DNA of 20,803 nucleotides from a virus (Duplodnaviria; Heunggongvirae; Uroviricota; Caudoviricetes): IMG/VR virus record IMGVR_UViG_2690316131_000021; one strand, 5' to 3'. Shown piece by piece: positions 17,378 to 20,803 of this stretch (position 1 is its first letter; each line of letters starts with the position of its first letter). The notes under the pieces were generated by a model. It saw only the letters and a program-made list of their open reading frames with translations, ran no database searches and was not told where the DNA came from. The position numbers and the translations under genes were made by a program.

Positions 17378-18034
17378 ATGGCTACTCAAATTTCTGTTGA
17401 ATCCCTTTCCCCAATTACCTATAACCACATCCCCGTCATCACTACCGAACTACTGGCACGACTTTACGGCACTGAGACCAACAACATTAAAGTGAACTAT
17501 ACGCGCAATGCCGGGCGTTTTGTTTGTGGTAAGCACTACTTTAAACTGGAGGGTGGTGAATTGCGGGAATTTAAGAACAAGGTTACTCACAGTAACTTAG
17601 TTGCACCGCGAGCAAAGCACCTCATCCTCTGGACAGAACGCGGCGCAGCCCGTCACGCAAAAATGCTCGAAACCGATCAGGCGTGGGATGTGTTCGAAAA
17701 ACTGGAAGACTGCTATTTCAGCCCGGGCAAAGCGGAACAGCACCCGCAGATCCAGCAGCAATTCACAGACGAAGAAATCATCCTCCTTTGCTATATGCAG
17801 GTACAGATGGAGAATGCGCAGGACATCTGCAAACGTCTGTACCCGATATTGAAGGAACTGAACTCATCATACACGAGCAAGCTGTATGACATCGCGTTTG
17901 AAACTTTTTACACGGTGACGAAAAACAGAGATGTACTGCTAAGGGAGGCGACACGACTTGACCAAGCAAGCGCCCTTTTCGAACGGGCAAAACCAATGCT
18001 GAAAAGCCTTCGGGCGAGACAATTCGAATTTTAA
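17378..18034 (+). CDS. ORF6N-domain phage protein, copy 2
   Basis: 218 aa from [31 protein letters not shown]...; N-terminal ~100 aa paralogous to 2677..3354. Confidence 0.75.
   Translation: MATQISVESLSPITYNHIPVITTELLARLYGTETNNIKVNYTRNAGRFVCGKHYFKLEGGELREFKNKVTHSNLVAPRAKHLILWTERGAARHAKMLETDQAWDVFEKLEDCYFSPGKAEQHPQIQQQFTDEEIILLCYMQVQMENAQDICKRLYPILKELNSSYTSKLYDIAFETFYTVTKNRDVLLREATRLDQASALFERAKPMLKSLRARQFEF
17620..17723. repeat. 104-bp perfect inverted repeat, copy 2 (partner at 3009..3112)
   Basis: See copy 1. Confidence 0.8.
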
Positions 18035-18039
18035 TCATC

Positions 18040-18065
18040 AAAGGAGCTTCGGCTCCTTTTTTGTT
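18040..18065 (+). terminator. Rho-independent terminator upstream of xis
   Basis: AAGGAGC-ttcg-GCTCCTT followed by TTTTTGTT. Confidence 0.6.
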
Positions 18066-18118
18066 GGAGAAAATAAACCAATACTCGCTCCCTTGCGAGT
18101 AATTGCGGAGACTTTGCG

Positions 18119-18337
18119 ATGTACTTGACACTTCAGGAGTGGAACGCACGCCAGCGACGCCCAAGGAGCCTTGAAACAGTTCGTCGATGGGTACGCGAGT
18201 GCAGGATATTCCCTCCTCCGGTTAAGGATGGAAGAGAGTATTTGTTCCACGAATCAGCGGTAAAGGTTGACTTAAATCGACCAGTAACAGGTAGCCTTTT
18301 GAAGAGGATCAGAAATGGGAAGAAGGCGAAGTCATGA
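18119..18337 (+). CDS. xis: Excisionase
   Basis: 72 aa, matches lambda Xis as recalled. Confidence 0.9.
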   Translation: MYLTLQEWNARQRRPRSLETVRRWVRECRIFPPPVKDGREYLFHESAVKVDLNRPVTGSLLKRIRNGKKAKS

Positions 18338-19385
18338 GCGCCGGGATTTACCCCCTAACCTTTATATAAGAAACAATGGATATTACTGCTACAGGGACCC
18401 AAGGACGGGTAAAGAGTTTGGATTAGGCCGAGACAGGCGAATCGCAATCACTGAAGCTATACAGGCCAACATTGAGTTATTTTCAGGACACAAACACAAG
18501 CCTCTGACAGCGAGAATCAACAGTGATAATTCTGTTACGTTACATTCATGGCTTGATCGCTACGAAAAAATCCTCGCCAGCAGAGGAATCAAGCAGAAGA
18601 CACTCATAAATTACATGAGCAAAATTAAAGCAATAAGGAGGGGGCTGCCTGATGCTCCACTTGAAGACATCACCACAAAAGAAATTGCGGCAATGCTCAA
18701 TGGATACATAGACAAGGGCAAGGCGGCATCAGCCAAGTTAATCAGATCAACACTGAGCGATGCATTCCGAGAGGCAATAGCTGAAGGCCATATAACAACA
18801 AACCCGGTCGCTGCCACTCGCGCAGCAAAATCAGAGGTAAGGAGATCAAGACTTACGGCTGACGAATACCTGAAAATTTATCAAGCAGCAGAATCATCAC
18901 CATGTTGGCTCAGACTTGCAATGGAACTGGCTGTTGTTACCGGGCAGCGAGTTGGTGATTTATGCGAAATGAAGTGGTCTGATATCGTAGATGGATATCT
19001 TTATGTCGAACAAAGCAAAACAGGCGTAAAAATTGCCATCCCTACAACATTGCATGTTGATGCTCTCGGGATATCAATGAAGGAAACACTTGATAAATGC
19101 AAAGAGATTCTTGGCGGAGAAACCATAATTGCATCTACTCGTCGTGAACCGCTTTCATCCGGCACAGTATCAAGGTATTTTATGCGCGCACGAAAAGCAT
19201 CAGGTCTTTCCTTCGAAGGGGATCCGCCTACCTTTCACGAGTTGCGCAGTTTGTCTGCAAGACTCTATGAGAAGCAGATAAGCGATAAGTTTGCTCAACA
19301 TCTTCTCGGGCATAAGTCGGACACCATGGCATCACAGTATCGTGATGACAGAGGCAGGGAGTGGGACAAAATTGAAATCAAATAA
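18315..19385 (+). CDS. int: Integrase (tyrosine recombinase), lambda Int
   Basis: 356 aa, matches lambda Int as recalled; overlaps xis end as in lambda. Confidence 0.95.
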   Translation: MGRRRSHERRDLPPNLYIRNNGYYCYRDPRTGKEFGLGRDRRIAITEAIQANIELFSGHKHKPLTARINSDNSVTLHSWLDRYEKILASRGIKQKTLINYMSKIKAIRRGLPDAPLEDITTKEIAAMLNGYIDKGKAASAKLIRSTLSDAFREAIAEGHITTNPVAATRAAKSEVRRSRLTADEYLKIYQAAESSPCWLRLAMELAVVTGQRVGDLCEMKWSDIVDGYLYVEQSKTGVKIAIPTTLHVDALGISMKETLDKCKEILGGETIIASTRREPLSSGTVSRYFMRARKASGLSFEGDPPTFHELRSLSARLYEKQISDKFAQHLLGHKSDTMASQYRDDRGREWDKIEIK

Positions 19386-19458
19386 TGATTTTATTTTGAC
19401 TGATAGTGACCTGTTCATTGCAACAAATTGATAAGCAATGCTTTTTTATAATGCCAAC

Positions 19459-19473
19459 TTAGTATAAAAAAGC
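19459..19473. other. attL common core (reverse complement of GCTTTTTTATACTAA), with P' arm at about 19386..19458
   Basis: Core 15-mer read directly; P' arm contains GTCACTATCAGTC arm-type Int sites; host sequence follows. Confidence 0.75.
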
Positions 19474-19519
19474 AGGCTTCAACGGATTCATTTTTCTATT
19501 TCATAGCCCGGAGCAACCT

Positions 19520-20803
19520 GTGAACACATTTTCAGTTTCCCGTCTGGCGCTGGCATTGGCTTTTGGCGTGACGCTGACCGCCTGTAGCTCAACCCCGCCC
19601 GATCAACGTCCTTCTGATCAAACCGCGCCTGGTACCTCTTCTCGCCCGATTCTGTCGGCAAAAGAAGCGCAGAATTTCGATGCTCAACACTATTTTGCAT
19701 CCCTGACACCAGGTGCAGCAGCGTGGAATCCTTCCCCGATTACCCTGCCTGCGCAACCTGACTTTGTTGTCGGCCCGGCGGGCACTCAAGGTGTAACGCA
19801 TACCACGATTCAGGCGGCGGTAGATGCGGCAATTATCAAGCGTACCAACAAGCGCCAGTATATTGCCGTGATGCCTGGTGAGTATCAGGGAACGGTATAT
19901 GTCCCTGCCGCTCCGGGTGGAATTACTCTGTACGGTACAGGTGAAAAACCGATTGATGTGAAGATTGGGCTTTCCCTTGATGGTGGCATGAGCCCTGCCG
20001 ACTGGCGTCACGACGTCAACCCGCGCGGCAAATATATGCCAGGTAAACCAGCGTGGTATATGTACGATAGCTGCCAGAGCAAACGCAGCGACAGTATCGG
20101 TGTTCTCTGCTCTGCGGTCTTCTGGTCACAAAACAATGGCCTGCAACTGCAAAATCTGACCATCGAAAACACGCTGGGCGATAGCGTAGATGCAGGTAAC
20201 CATCCGGCGGTGGCACTGCGTACTGATGGTGACCAGGTACAGATTAACAACGTTAACATTCTCGGTCGTCAGAACACCTTCTTTGTCACCAACAGCGGTG
20301 TGCAGAACCGTCTGGAAACGAATCGTCAGCCGCGTACGCTGGTGACCAACAGCTACATTGAAGGGGATGTGGATATCGTTTCTGGTCGCGGCGCAGTGGT
20401 GTTCGATAACACCGAATTCCGCGTGGTGAACTCACGTACTCAGCAAGAAGCGTATGTGTTTGCACCGGCTACGCTGTCCAACATTTACTACGGTTTCCTC
20501 GCCGTAAACAGCCGTTTCAATGCTTTCGGTGATGGTGTGGCGCAACTGGGCCGCTCGCTGGATGTTGATGCCAATACCAACGGTCAGGTGGTGATCCGTG
20601 ATAGCGCCATCAACGAAGGTTTTAACACGGCTAAACCGTGGGCCGATGCGGTGATCTCTAATCGTCCGTTTGCGGGTAATACCGGCAGCGTAGATGATAA
20701 CGACGAAATACAGCGCAATCTGAATGACACTAACTACAACCGCATGTGGGAATACAATAACCGCGGCGTGGGTAGTAAAGTGGTTGCAGAGGCGAAGAAG
20801 TAA
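19520..20803 (+). CDS. ybhC: Host lipoprotein YbhC (pectinesterase-like), gene flanking the lambda attB
   Basis: 427 aa with lipoprotein signal LTACSS; recalled as E. coli YbhC; by my hand count the GTG start may sit 1 nt from the track coordinate. Confidence 0.85.
   Translation: MNTFSVSRLALALAFGVTLTACSSTPPDQRPSDQTAPGTSSRPILSAKEAQNFDAQHYFASLTPGAAAWNPSPITLPAQPDFVVGPAGTQGVTHTTIQAAVDAAIIKRTNKRQYIAVMPGEYQGTVYVPAAPGGITLYGTGEKPIDVKIGLSLDGGMSPADWRHDVNPRGKYMPGKPAWYMYDSCQSKRSDSIGVLCSAVFWSQNNGLQLQNLTIENTLGDSVDAGNHPAVALRTDGDQVQINNVNILGRQNTFFVTNSGVQNRLETNRQPRTLVTNSYIEGDVDIVSGRGAVVFDNTEFRVVNSRTQQEAYVFAPATLSNIYYGFLAVNSRFNAFGDGVAQLGRSLDVDANTNGQVVIRDSAINEGFNTAKPWADAVISNRPFAGNTGSVDDNDEIQRNLNDTNYNRMWEYNNRGVGSKVVAEAKK

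Larger units (their letters stand above)
1..19473. mobile_element. Lambdoid prophage, attL/int-proximal part; continues beyond the left window edge
   Basis: Lambda-like int/xis/exo/bet/gam/kil/cIII, O/P/ren and nin genes in prophage order; attL core plus P' arm next to host ybhC. Confidence 0.9.

Noticed and set aside
1-19473. Engineered lambda derivative (lambda-DE3 or a recombineering defective prophage)
   Set aside because: int is intact, the nin region is present, and the immunity region is neither lambda-type nor the imm21 type I recall, so a natural mosaic prophage is more likely.
19488-19709. 73-aa ORF on the - strand
   Set aside because: It lies antisense within the start of ybhC with no support.

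Overview
This window is the int-proximal ~19.5 kb of a lambdoid prophage sitting in the E. coli lambda attachment site, with the host gene ybhC at the right edge (19520..20803) and an attL core at about 19459..19473. Gene calls rest on reading the six-frame translations against lambda-family proteins recalled from memory; no searches were run, and hand-placed coordinates for sites not in the ORF track may be off by 1-2 nt. On the + strand the early-left operon runs pL - nutL - N - AT-rich unknown gene - cIII - kil - gam - bet - exo - small b-region orfs - TraR-like - Ea22-like - DUF551 - second ORF6N-domain gene - xis - int. On the - strand the early-right operon runs pR - cro - nutR - cII - O (frameshifted within the ori iterons) - P - ren - tR2-like terminator - nin region (NinB, a Dam-type methyltransferase, NinE, a terminator-flanked ORF6N gene, a Rha/KilAC antirepressor, NinG, NinH) - a QuuD-like Q antiterminator - a hok-family toxin locus - a perfect 7-bp tandem repeat at the window edge. 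The immunity region is not lambda's: cI and cII have non-lambda N-terminal parts fused to lambda-identical C-termini, and N and both nut boxB hairpins are P22-like. The best candidates for an undescribed system are the 332-aa AT-rich membrane protein co-transcribed with cI in the rexAB position (9065..10063) and the AT-rich 156-aa gene in the sieB position (11002..11472). Other points worth follow-up are the heptanucleotide-repeat gene start, the frameshifted O gene, the hok locus whose promoter overlaps the Q stop codon, and a 104-bp perfect inverted repeat shared by the two ORF6N genes.
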